Source: a virus (taxonomy: Duplodnaviria; Caudoviricetes). Taken from it: 54,314 nt of DNA. The notes beneath the pieces were generated by a model. It made no database searches, had not been told where the DNA came from, and was given only the letters and a program-made list of their open reading frames with translations. A program made the translations under genes and the position numbers. Below are positions 1 to 7,594 of the stretch, one piece after another (positions within the stretch are counted from its first letter, which is position 1; each line of letters opens with the position of its first letter). The stretch lies in IMG/VR virus record IMGVR_UViG_3300002145_000153, positions 1 to 54,314 of that record. One strand, given 5' to 3'.

Positions 1-180
1 TGAATGATTTTTGATATTTTGAACTGATACTTCTTGGTGACAAATCACGCAGGAACAAATTAGTTGATATTTTTTTGTTCCTGATATTTGATATTTGTTG
101 TAGCAAGCGTGACGGCTCAGTCCGTTAGAAGTGAATTGTTTCTGGCATTTAATGCACGATACAAGATTATATTTTGTCAT
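1..180 (-). CDS. Partial ORF (runs off window) with Cys/His zinc-finger-like N-terminus, probably a free-standing homing endonuclease
   Basis: Hand translation from ATG at 180: MTKYNLVSCIKCQKQFTSNGLSRHACYNK...CSCVICHQEVSVQNIKNH; AAGGG RBS; late promoter upstream; opposite strand to its neighbours. Confidence 0.5.
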   Translation of the reverse strand, partial: MTKYNLVSCIKCQKQFTSNGLSRHACYNKYQISGTKKYQLICSCVICHQEVSVQNIKNHS

Positions 181-202
181 TTTAGTTTCCCTTAAATAAG
201 AT

Positions 203-267
203 TGTAGGGACAGTCTAGAGTTTCCCCTAGATTGATTTGTTGCGGCAAACAACAAATCTTACCTACA
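203..267 (-). promoter_or_regulatory. Structured three-helix leader RNA between late promoter and ORF
   Basis: On - strand: UGUAGG/CCUACA closing stem, GAUUUGUUG/CAACAAAUC hairpin, UCUAGGG-GAAA-CUCUAGA hairpin. Confidence 0.55.
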
Positions 268-271
268 TGTT

Positions 272-279
272 TATTTATA
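272..279 (-). promoter_or_regulatory. T4-type late promoter TATAAATA
   Basis: Exact gp55 consensus on - strand. Confidence 0.7.
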
Positions 280-314
280 TCAGATGTCCGCTACCAATAA
301 AGTTTAAAAACATC

Positions 315-343
315 TTGACAGTATAGCAATCAGATGTTATCAT
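315..343 (+). promoter_or_regulatory. sigma70-type promoter for tRNA array
   Basis: TTGACA-17bp-TATCAT. Confidence 0.7.
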
Positions 344-365
344 ATAAACATATTGAAGAATTAAT

Positions 366-460
366 GCTCCTGTAGTTTAACGGTAAAACACCGAGCTTAT
401 ACCTCGGCATAGGCGCCAGATTAGCGCACGATACTGGTTCGAATCCAGTCGGGAGTACCA
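366..460 (+). tRNA. tRNA-Ile(UAU) with long variable arm
   Basis: CCGAG-CTTATAC-CTCGG anticodon arm, GGTTCGAATCC T-arm, CCA end, 95 nt. Confidence 0.8.
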
Positions 461-467
461 AAAATAT

Positions 468-543
468 CTCGGTGTAGTTCAGTTGGTAGAATACGTGCTT
501 TGGGAGCATGGGGTCGGGAGTTCGAGCCTCTCCACCGAGACCA
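468..543 (+). tRNA. tRNA-Pro(UGG)
   Basis: Cloverleaf, CGTGC-TTTGGGA-GCATG, CCA. Confidence 0.9.
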
Positions 544-550
544 AAAGTTT

Positions 551-703
551 TAGGATAGATACAGCAATTTAAAACGACCATGGAGAGATGGCTTATTCGG
601 CAGGTACATACCAGAGGAGAAATCCTGTGAAGGTGGTGCTGAGCCGCGTCATCGAGGTGAGTTTCGATGTTCTCACTTAAAACAAAAAGTAGACACTATT
701 CTG
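551..703 (+). ncRNA. CAGCAA-family ncRNA copy 1
   Basis: TAGGATAG-ATACAGCAA ... CTATTCTG terminal stem. Confidence 0.65.
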
Positions 704-727
704 TTAGAATTAGAAGATTTAATAATT

Positions 728-810
728 GAAGAGGTAAAGCCAGCGGCTCTGGCAAACGGTCTGTAAAACCGTTCCTTCGGGGAGTGGGTCGGCACCACAC
801 CTCTTCACCA
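728..810 (+). tRNA. tRNA-Tyr(GUA), atypical D and T loops
   Basis: GAAGAGG/CCTCTTC acceptor, ACGGT-CTGTAAA-ACCGT, T-loop TCGGCAC, CCA. Confidence 0.75.
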
Positions 811-816
811 AATACT

Positions 817-902
817 GGCTATGTGGAGAAATCGGAAAACTCAACGGTCTTAAAAACCGTCGGCGAAATGCCTTGCTGGTTCGAATCCAGTCATAGCCAC
901 CA
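817..902 (+). tRNA. tRNA-Leu(UAA)
   Basis: ACGGT-CTTAAAA-ACCGT, long variable arm, CCA. Confidence 0.9.
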
Positions 903-913
903 AAAGAATTAAT

Positions 914-991
914 GCCCTTGTGGACAAATTGGCAAAGTCGTCTGCCTTAGAAGCAGAAGTTCTGTGAGTTCGAATCTCACCTTGGGCACCA
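914..991 (+). tRNA. tRNA-Leu(UAG), short variable loop
   Basis: TCTGC-CTTAGAA-GCAGA, CCA; two U-U mismatches in acceptor stem. Confidence 0.8.
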
Positions 992-999
992 CATTTTTT

Positions 1000-1075
1000 G
1001 GTCAGATATCTTAAGAGGAAGAGAGCTTCCTTCATACGGAAGAATGTGCGGCTTCGAGTGCTGCTCTGACCACCA
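1000..1075 (+). tRNA. tRNA-Met/Ile2(CAU)
   Basis: CTTCC-TTCATAC-GGAAG, CCA. Confidence 0.8.
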
Positions 1076-1082
1076 AAAGAAT

Positions 1083-1151
1083 TAGAATGGTTACAGCAAA
1101 TAAAACAAACCACACAACCGTTAATTGTCTTGGTTGACAAAAACCATTCTG
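1083..1151 (+). ncRNA. CAGCAA-family ncRNA copy 2
   Basis: TAGAATGG-TTACAGCAA ... CCATTCTG. Confidence 0.65.
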
Positions 1152-1156
1152 TATGA

Positions 1157-1279
1157 TAGAATACCTACAGCAATTTAATTTTCTTAAACTCAAACCGCTT
1201 GCATGGGTTCGATTCCCATAGTTGCCGAAAGGAACTTGGTCTAGTGGTAGGACAGCGGTCATAAAGAAAGTGTATTCTG
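1157..1279 (+). ncRNA. CAGCAA-family ncRNA copy 3 with circularly permuted tRNA module (YrlA-like topology)
   Basis: TAGAATAC-CTACAGCAA ... GTATTCTG enclosing T-arm, GAAA-closed acceptor stem, then D-arm. Confidence 0.75.
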
Positions 1280-1294
1280 ATTAAAAAGAACAAT

Positions 1295-1370
1295 GCCCTT
1301 ATGGTGAAATTGGAAATCACATAACGCTACGGACGTTAGATTCTGGGTTCGAATCCTAGTAAGGGTGCCA
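1295..1370 (+). tRNA. tRNA-Arg(ACG)
   Basis: TAACG-CTACGGA-CGTTA, CCA. Confidence 0.9.
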
Positions 1371-1376
1371 AGTATT

Positions 1377-1454
1377 ACCCCTCTGGACAAAGTGGTAAAG
1401 TCACCGTTCTCAAAAAGCGGAGTTTTCTCGGTTCGAATCCGAGGAGGGGTACCA
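1377..1454 (+). tRNA. tRNA-Leu(CAA), short variable loop
   Basis: CCGTT-CTCAAAA-AGCGG, CCA. Confidence 0.85.
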
Positions 1455-1465
1455 AGGATTACTTT

Positions 1466-1759
1466 ATGAAAAATAAAAAAGATAGTGTAGATACATGGAC
1501 AGATGATTTTGGTGTTACTTTAACTAGAGAAGAAATGATTGAAGAATTAAAACTTCTACGTCTAGTAAATAGAAATCTTCATGACCTTCTTTTTAAGTAT
1601 AAAGTACCAGTACAAGCAATCGCTAATGTTGAGAATCAAGCCAAGAAACAGTTATATCCAATCAATAAACCAGTGATACATACTGAGGAAGTAGAAACAA
1701 AGAAACCTGCAGTAAAAAGAAAACGAGCATCGAAAAAAGTAACAAGGAAGAAAAAGTAG
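1466..1759 (+). CDS. Hypothetical protein, basic C-terminus
   Basis: 97-aa ORF with AAGGA RBS. Confidence 0.6.
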   Translation: MKNKKDSVDTWTDDFGVTLTREEMIEELKLLRLVNRNLHDLLFKYKVPVQAIANVENQAKKQLYPINKPVIHTEEVETKKPAVKRKRASKKVTRKKK

Positions 1760-1762
1760 ATT

Positions 1763-2518
1763 ATGAAAAAAATTGTTCTCATCTCTGGTGGATTTGATCC
1801 ATTACATTCAGGCCATATTGCGTACATTAAAGCTGCCAAAAAATTAGGTGATATTCTTGTAGTAGCAGTTAACTCTGATGAATGGTTGACTCGGAAAAAG
1901 AGTCGCGCATTCATGCCACTAAAAGAAAGAACTGAGATTCTAAGTAATATTGTTGGAGTAGATTTTGTAATCACCTTTAATGATTCTGATAACACTGCTA
2001 AAAATGCCATTACAATGACAATGCAAAGTTATCCACATGATAAGATTATCTTTGCAAATGGTGGCGATAGAACAGCTACGAATATTCCCGAGATGAATGT
2101 TCAGAGTTCTAATCTAGAATTTGTTTTTGGTGTTGGTGGAGAAGACAAGAAGAATTCTTCATCCTGGATTCTTGAGGAATGGAAATCACCCAAGGTTTAT
2201 AGAAGTTGGGGATACTACAGAGTTCTCTATGATCAACCATGTACTAAGGTAAAGGAGTTGATTGTTGATCCTGGAATGGCTTTATCTCGTCAAAGACACT
2301 TTAAACGATCAGAACACTGGCATGTAGTTGAGGGTGAGGCTTTTGTACATTTGAATAATGAAAGATATAAATTATATACAAAAGATTCCATTGAGATCAA
2401 TGTAGAACAATGGCACAAATTGTTTAATCTTACAAATTTTCCACTGAAAATTGTAGAGATTCAATATGGAAATGAATGTGTAGAAGAAGATATTGAACGA
2501 GAAAGTGCGTATTGTTAA
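1763..2518 (+). CDS. Cytidylyltransferase-like (HxGH) domain fused to cupin (mannose-6-phosphate isomerase type II-like) domain
   Basis: GGFDPLHSGH, ANGGDR; RSWGYY, QRHFKRSEHW, EIQYG..EEDIER. Confidence 0.85.
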   Translation: MKKIVLISGGFDPLHSGHIAYIKAAKKLGDILVVAVNSDEWLTRKKSRAFMPLKERTEILSNIVGVDFVITFNDSDNTAKNAITMTMQSYPHDKIIFANGGDRTATNIPEMNVQSSNLEFVFGVGGEDKKNSSSWILEEWKSPKVYRSWGYYRVLYDQPCTKVKELIVDPGMALSRQRHFKRSEHWHVVEGEAFVHLNNERYKLYTKDSIEINVEQWHKLFNLTNFPLKIVEIQYGNECVEEDIERESAYC

Positions 2519-2566
2519 AAATATGGGTGATAGTTTTTGGGTACCTAAAGAAAAATATAATTTAAC

Positions 2567-2595
2567 TTGACATTTAAGAAAACTTAATATATAAT
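2567..2595 (+). promoter_or_regulatory. sigma70 promoter
   Basis: TTGACA-17-TATAAT. Confidence 0.75.
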
Positions 2596-2606
2596 ATAGA
2601 AACAAT

Positions 2607-2646
2607 GACTCGCTAGTGTTTAACGGCAGCACGTCGGGTCTCCAAA
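2607..2646 (+). pseudogene. 5' half of tRNA-Trp(CCA)
   Basis: TAGTGTTTAACGGCAGCAC D-arm then CT-CCA-AA loop; no 3' half. Confidence 0.6.
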
Positions 2647-2652
2647 TAAAAC

Positions 2653-2723
2653 GCCTCGGTGGTGTAGTGGTAGCACGAAAAGCTCCAAACTTTCAAGTCG
2701 CCGTTCGATTCGGTGCCGAGGTG
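2653..2723 (+). tRNA. tRNA-Trp(CCA)
   Basis: AAAAG-CTCCAAA-CTTTC, CGCCG-TTCGATT-CGGTG; CAA instead of CCA tail. Confidence 0.75.
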
Positions 2724-2738
2724 CAATATTAAAATGAT

Positions 2739-2812
2739 GCTTCCTTAGTTTAATGGTAAAACTTCTCGTTGCCATCGAGAGATCGACGGATCGAAACCGT
2801 CAGGGAGCTCCA
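2739..2812 (+). tRNA. tRNA-Gly(GCC)
   Basis: TCTCG-TTGCCAT-CGAGA, TCCA end. Confidence 0.85.
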
Positions 2813-2823
2813 AAAGTTAAATA

Positions 2824-2880
2824 ATGGATGCATTCAGCAAATAAAATTCTTTCTACGAAAAAGAAAAAAAACGCATCCAG
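2824..2880 (+). ncRNA. CAGCAA-family ncRNA copy 4
   Basis: TGGATGC-ATTCAGCAA ... GCATCCAG; internal TTCTTT-CTACGAA-AAAGAA hairpin. Confidence 0.6.
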
Positions 2881-2886
2881 ATTAAT

Positions 2887-2963
2887 GCAGGCATGGTGTT
2901 TAACGGTTAGCATGGGAGTCTTCCAAACTCTTGGTGTCGGTTCGAATCCGACTGCCTGCTCCA
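2887..2963 (+). tRNA. tRNA-Gly(UCC)
   Basis: GGAGT-CTTCCAA-ACTCT, TCCA. Confidence 0.9.
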
Positions 2964-2973
2964 AAGGATTCAT

Positions 2974-3126
2974 ATGCACTATAAACGTAAAAAGTCTAAA
3001 CGCAATGTTAGATGTACTTTGTGCACTCAACATAGATGGAGGGGGAATTCTAAATCAAAGAAAAGAATTTCCGATTTACGCAACGATGATAGAGAAAAAG
3101 CAGAAAGAACTACTATGGCCCGTTAG
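2974..3126 (+). CDS. Small basic CxxC protein (50 aa) in tRNA array
   Basis: AAGGA RBS; MHYKRKKSKRNVRCTLCTQHRWRGNSK... Confidence 0.55.
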   Translation: MHYKRKKSKRNVRCTLCTQHRWRGNSKSKKRISDLRNDDREKAERTTMAR

Positions 3127-3190
3127 TTTAATGGTAGAACTCCGTCTTTACACGGCGGTTACGGCAGTTCGATTCTGTCACGGGCTACCA
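3117..3190 (+). tRNA. tRNA-Val(UAC)
   Basis: CCGTC-TTTACAC-GGCGG, CCA. Confidence 0.9.
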
Positions 3191-3192
3191 AA

Positions 3193-3266
3193 GCTTCTAT
3201 AGTTAAATGGTATAACAGTTTCCTCGTAAAAAACAATTCTTGGTTCGATTCCTAGTGGAAGCACCA
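3193..3266 (+). tRNA. tRNA-Thr(CGU)
   Basis: GTTTC-CTCGTAA-AAAAC (one mismatch), CCA. Confidence 0.75.
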
Positions 3267-3323
3267 AAAAGTTTAAATATTTCTTGACATACAAAAATAA
3301 GTATGTTATTATAACAGAATAAT

Positions 3324-3398
3324 GCCCATATCGTTCAATGGAGAGGACATCGGTCTTCTAAACCGAGAATGTAGGTTCGATTCCTACTTTGGGTGCCA
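3324..3398 (+). tRNA. tRNA-Arg(UCU)
   Basis: TCGGT-CTTCTAA-ACCGA, CCA. Confidence 0.9.
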
Positions 3399-3406
3399 GT
3401 TTTAAA

Positions 3407-3481
3407 GCTCTTATCGTATAGTGGTAATTACACGGTCTTGGTAAGACTGTAACGACAGTTCGATTCTGTCTAAGAGCACCA
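3407..3481 (+). tRNA. tRNA-Thr(GGU)
   Basis: CGGTC-TTGGTAA-GACTG, CCA. Confidence 0.9.
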
Positions 3482-3496
3482 TAACGGAGATATATT

Positions 3497-4063
3497 ATGA
3501 GTCCTGATCTTGATAAGAAACTTTGTGAAGAATTCCCTGAAATTTTCAAAAACCGTTACGGAGATAAACGTTCCACTGCAATGTGTTGGGGCTTTGATGT
3601 TGGTGATGGTTGGTATGGTATCCTTCGTTTTCTTTGCCAGCAACTAATGGCGGATTATAACAGAGCCAAGCGGGATTATGATTATTGTAAAAAAATGATC
3701 GAGGTAGAAGATAAATCTGCTTGGCGTGATTGGCATCACCAAACCTATACACAAGAAGAACTAGAAAACCGCAAACAAAAATTAGATAAATGTCATATTC
3801 CTGTAGCAGCACAAGTAAAAGAAAAGTTTGGGGGACTGCGTTTTTATGTTGAATCAGCAACTGATGACCATTACCAAAAGATTAGCTTTGTAGAAAGTCT
3901 TAGTTATTCTGTTTGTGAAGAATGTGGTACAACTAAAGATGTTCATGTATTCAATATGGGTTGGATGCGTGCACTTTGTGTAGAGCATGGTAAAGAACGA
4001 TACGGTGAAGAATCTGTTGTCGAATACTTAAAAGATATTGAGGAAGAAAAGAATGAAGAGTGA
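3497..4063 (+). CDS. Conserved phage hypothetical protein
   Basis: GDGW, QVKEKFGGLRFY and CEECG motifs. Confidence 0.75.
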   Translation: MSPDLDKKLCEEFPEIFKNRYGDKRSTAMCWGFDVGDGWYGILRFLCQQLMADYNRAKRDYDYCKKMIEVEDKSAWRDWHHQTYTQEELENRKQKLDKCHIPVAAQVKEKFGGLRFYVESATDDHYQKISFVESLSYSVCEECGTTKDVHVFNMGWMRALCVEHGKERYGEESVVEYLKDIEEEKNEE

Positions 4064-4475
4064 TATTTTTGATCTAGAACAGAGTATTATGAATTGTTGG
4101 AATGTTACTGACGATCTAAATATACTCTTTGAAGCTGTTCTTGAGCGCGATTTAAGTAAAGATGAGATCTCCAATATCATTTTAGGTATGGAACGTCTGT
4201 ATCATTTGAAGTTTGAGAAACTTTTTGAGAATTTTGAGACTCATTGTAGTGAGTACCATATGTACCGAAATGCTTACACACCGAGTAATGAAATAGAAAC
4301 TACTGTTACAGTAGATCAAGAAGATTTGCATGATGATCTACTAGCTCTTCTGGGTAGTGAGAATCTTATCACTGAATGGTGGAAATCACCCAATAGATAC
4401 TTCTCTATGTTAACACCCGAAGAAGCTTGGGAAATGGATTCTCAATTTGTTATCAATTACGTAAAAAGTAAATAA
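4053..4475 (+). CDS. Hypothetical protein with C-terminal Xre/MbcA/ParS-like antitoxin domain
   Basis: LLGSENLITEWWKSPNRYFSMLTPEE resembles the DUF2384 W..PN..L...TP pattern. Confidence 0.5.
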   Translation: MKSDIFDLEQSIMNCWNVTDDLNILFEAVLERDLSKDEISNIILGMERLYHLKFEKLFENFETHCSEYHMYRNAYTPSNEIETTVTVDQEDLHDDLLALLGSENLITEWWKSPNRYFSMLTPEEAWEMDSQFVINYVKSK

Positions 4476-4476
4476 A

Positions 4477-4665
4477 ATGATCGATGCAATTACTCCAATA
4501 TCTGTAGTTTCTAGTTATACAAAAAGAACTGATAAAGAAGTTGAATTGCATCGATATGTTTCTATCAATGAGAATCCTCCACAACATTTTATTCACTACA
4601 TTCTTTATGATTCTAAGGGTTCTATAGATGAAAATATTGAACCAAGTATAGATATAAAAGTATGA
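4477..4665 (+). CDS. Hypothetical protein
   Basis: 62-aa ORF abutting upstream gene. Confidence 0.5.
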   Translation: MIDAITPISVVSSYTKRTDKEVELHRYVSINENPPQHFIHYILYDSKGSIDENIEPSIDIKV

Positions 4666-4789
4666 AACTTTGGCAAATTAAAATCGCTAATTGGTATTTT
4701 ACAAAGACAGAAAAGTTTACAGTTATGGAATGGTTTTTTTTATTACTAATGCTTGTATTGTTATTTTTGCTATTTAGAGGATTTCTATA

Positions 4790-5422
4790 ATGAAAGTATA
4801 TCTAGGGCCTTTTAGACGTTATATCTCAATATATGATCTTACTAGTACATTAAGATTTATTGGTGTATCTGAAGATAGTTGTAATGCCTTGGGTGAAAAA
4901 CTTTCTGACACATTCCTCGGTAAATTTTTAGCAAAGATAAACAATTCTTTACCAGAAAGAGCTGTCAGAGTTCGTATTGACAAGTATGATACTTGGAGCA
5001 TGGATGGTACTTTAGCAATTATCATTTTACCCATGTTGAAACAGTTGCAAAAAACAAAACATGGTGCTCCTTATGTCGATGATAATGATGTTCCTGAACA
5101 TCTACGTAGTACTTCTGCACCACCAAAAGAAAATGAGTGGGATATAGATGATAATCATTTCAAGCGATGGGATTGGGCCATTGACGAAATGATCTGGGGG
5201 TTTGAACAACTACAACCAGATTATGACTATATGCAACAATATATGACTGGTGAATCTGATTGGGAATTTAAACCAATTGAAGGAAAAGAGGATTTAGAGG
5301 AAATGGTTCACGGACTTAATCATACATTGCAAATTGATCGAGAAGGTCTTAAAGCACATGAAGCAAGAATCGATAACTCATTGAGATTATTCGGAATTTA
5401 CTTTAGAAATTTGTGGGACTAA
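4790..5422 (+). CDS. Conserved T4-like phage hypothetical protein
   Basis: RIDKYDTWSMD..HGAP..LFGIYFRNLWD. Confidence 0.75.
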   Translation: MKVYLGPFRRYISIYDLTSTLRFIGVSEDSCNALGEKLSDTFLGKFLAKINNSLPERAVRVRIDKYDTWSMDGTLAIIILPMLKQLQKTKHGAPYVDDNDVPEHLRSTSAPPKENEWDIDDNHFKRWDWAIDEMIWGFEQLQPDYDYMQQYMTGESDWEFKPIEGKEDLEEMVHGLNHTLQIDREGLKAHEARIDNSLRLFGIYFRNLWD

Positions 5423-5466
5423 AAGGCTTGACATTTGAACTAGTTCATGTATAATATGATTTCATT

Positions 5467-5829
5467 GTGACTAAAAGTGATAAGATGCTAATCTATACTA
5501 ATCAAAAGTCTAAGCAGACACGCAAACAAAAAGTTAAACAGCAACAACGTTGGGAACAATCTCAAAAGGCAATCGGTGGAACAACATTGAAGTTTAAATC
5601 TTCCTTTACTCCACTAAAAGTTCAGCCTATCTCTGCCATCCGTCCTGGAGCAGACGACTACAAAAAGCACAGTTCAGTGCAAACAAATCTACATAACACC
5701 TATAAAAAAGAAATACCTGTCTATACAGGTCAAGCAATGATTGGTATTGGTACACTTCACAAAAGTAATGCTGTACCAATTTTTTCAAAAGATGAAGCTA
5801 AAGAAATTTCTAGAATGCGACGAGGTTAA
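5467..5829 (+). CDS. Conserved phage hypothetical protein
   Basis: IGTLHKSNAVPIF motif; follows promoter at 5428-5455. Confidence 0.7.
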   Translation: MTKSDKMLIYTNQKSKQTRKQKVKQQQRWEQSQKAIGGTTLKFKSSFTPLKVQPISAIRPGADDYKKHSSVQTNLHNTYKKEIPVYTGQAMIGIGTLHKSNAVPIFSKDEAKEISRMRRG

Positions 5830-5835
5830 AACATT

Positions 5836-6249
5836 ATGAAAACATTGCAATTTAATCGCAACAGTTGGCACTTTAAATTAGTACATAAACTTTTTGGTTA
5901 TAGTGTTTATGATAATCAAGATATCTGTTCATACACAAGAGCAGTATTATTTTCTTTGTTTTTGGTAACTCTATTTGCAATTCTAATCGCATTTGGTGTC
6001 TTTCTAATTGGGGATTTTTTAGGATACCTTATTGCATCGATATTGAACTTTACTTTTATTGACCCTGAAGGTACTGCTAATGTAGTTATGATGGTACTTT
6101 TTATATCTTCAATAGTTGGAATTGGATATTCAATAGGTAAGTTTTCATCTAGAACTTTAGAAAAAGTATCTGATAGTTTTATTGCTGAATCCTACAAATC
6201 TTTTAAAGGAAAATATTGTGCGAAGATTGAATTCATTAACAAAGAATAA
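5836..6249 (+). CDS. Membrane protein
   Basis: Two to three hydrophobic segments. Confidence 0.7.
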   Translation: MKTLQFNRNSWHFKLVHKLFGYSVYDNQDICSYTRAVLFSLFLVTLFAILIAFGVFLIGDFLGYLIASILNFTFIDPEGTANVVMMVLFISSIVGIGYSIGKFSSRTLEKVSDSFIAESYKSFKGKYCAKIEFINKE

Positions 6250-6427
6250 GACTGAAAAAGTAAGATTTGATCCTCTCATGACAGTGCATCTCATTCTTTA
6301 TGCTAACTATGTAAAAACTCGAAAGTGGAGTAGTGGTTGTCCTTTTATTCTTGAAGATGGTTTTGAAACCATTCCAGGTATGATCGATCATAAAATTTCC
6401 ATGAGTATTCTCGAAAAATTTGCATAA
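6182..6427 (+). CDS. Hypothetical protein (start uncertain)
   Basis: WSSGCPFILE motif; overlaps upstream gene. Confidence 0.5.
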   Translation: MLNPTNLLKENIVRRLNSLTKNKTEKVRFDPLMTVHLILYANYVKTRKWSSGCPFILEDGFETIPGMIDHKISMSILEKFA

Positions 6428-6433
6428 ATAATC

Positions 6434-6482
6434 TGTGTAGAAAAATAGATTTCTACACATAACCTATAGGAGTTATAGGAAC
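6434..6482 (+). promoter_or_regulatory. Leader motif: AAUAGA-loop hairpin, UAACC, SD-containing hairpin
   Basis: TGTGTAGAAA-AATAGA-TTTCTACACA, TAACC, CCTATA-GGAGT-TATAGG. Confidence 0.6.
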
Positions 6483-7511
6483 ATGAAACAATACGACATT
6501 CTTGTCTACATCGGAAGATTTCAACCAGTTCATAATGCTCACGTTGAAATCATCAAACGAGCACATTCTCTTGCTGAAAAAGTAGTAATTATTGTTGGTA
6601 GTGGGTGGCAACCACCTACATACAAAAATCCATGGTCTTCTAAAGAACGGCATAAAATGCTTTTGGATGTGATCCATAAAGTAGCAGACCCTAAAACTGT
6701 TACTATAGAACATAATCACGACACAATTTATAATGACGAGGCATGGGCTATTCGAGTTCAAAATATCGTAAAACAATACGAACAACAATACTCGTATAAA
6801 CTAAAAATTGGTATCATCGGTCACGATAAAGATGAAAGTACATTTTATCTAAAAATGTTTCCTCAGTGGGAACGTGTAGAAGTTGATTTGATTGAACCGT
6901 TAAACGCAACTGATATTCGTGATTTGTACTTCCGTGATGGAATGAATCTCAAGTTTATCGATAGTGTAGTTCCTGATACTACTAAACAATTTTTAGAAGA
7001 CTACTCAAAAAGTTCAACATATAAGCAAATTATTGCTGAGAGAAAGTTTATTGAACAATACAAAAAGCAGTTTAGCGGACTAGCATATCCTCCAGTATTT
7101 GTGACGGTAGATGCAGTTGTTATTCAAGCTGGTCACGTATTGATGGTGAAAAGAAAATCAGAGCCAGGAAAAGGTCTTTGGGCACTTCCAGGTGGATTTC
7201 TCAATGCAGCAACAGATAAGTCCATACAGAATGCAATGATCAGAGAACTGAGAGAAGAAACAGGTATCAAAGTTCCTGCTCCAGTTCTTGTAGGTAATAT
7301 TAAAGATGTACGTGTTTTCGATGCTATTGGTCGTAGCACTCGTGGCAGAACTATTACTCATGCTTTCAAAATTCAATTGCCTGCTGGTGGTGATTTACCA
7401 AAAGTTAAGGGTTCTGATGATGCAGAGAAAGCAATGTGGATGTCAAACATAGATTCTAGTTTCTGCTACGAGGATCACTATGAAATTATTCAATGGGCAA
7501 TAGGTGGATAG
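6483..7511 (+). CDS. nadM: Bifunctional NMN adenylyltransferase / ADP-ribose pyrophosphatase (NadM-Nudix, NatV-like)
   Basis: GRFQPVHNAH, NATDIR; Nudix box PGGF..AMIRELREETG, GSDDA. Confidence 0.92.
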   Translation: MKQYDILVYIGRFQPVHNAHVEIIKRAHSLAEKVVIIVGSGWQPPTYKNPWSSKERHKMLLDVIHKVADPKTVTIEHNHDTIYNDEAWAIRVQNIVKQYEQQYSYKLKIGIIGHDKDESTFYLKMFPQWERVEVDLIEPLNATDIRDLYFRDGMNLKFIDSVVPDTTKQFLEDYSKSSTYKQIIAERKFIEQYKKQFSGLAYPPVFVTVDAVVIQAGHVLMVKRKSEPGKGLWALPGGFLNAATDKSIQNAMIRELREETGIKVPAPVLVGNIKDVRVFDAIGRSTRGRTITHAFKIQLPAGGDLPKVKGSDDAEKAMWMSNIDSSFCYEDHYEIIQWAIGG

Positions 7512-7552
7512 GGCTTGACATTTAGTTATAGTTGTGTTATTTTATATAAAAT

Positions 7553-7594
7553 CCTAACAATAGAGTTAGGTAATTAACCGTAAAGGAGCTTTAC
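7553..7594 (+). promoter_or_regulatory. Second copy of the AAUAGA leader motif
   Basis: CCTAAC-AATAGA-GTTAGG, TAACC, GTAAAG-GAG-CTTTAC before ATG. Confidence 0.6.

Noticed and set aside
330-3549. ORFs 330-581, 850-1140, 1032-1262, 2800-3033, 2828-3202, 3358-3549
   Set aside because: They overlap tRNA/ncRNA genes (GFEP-type antisense T-arm peptides) and are shadows
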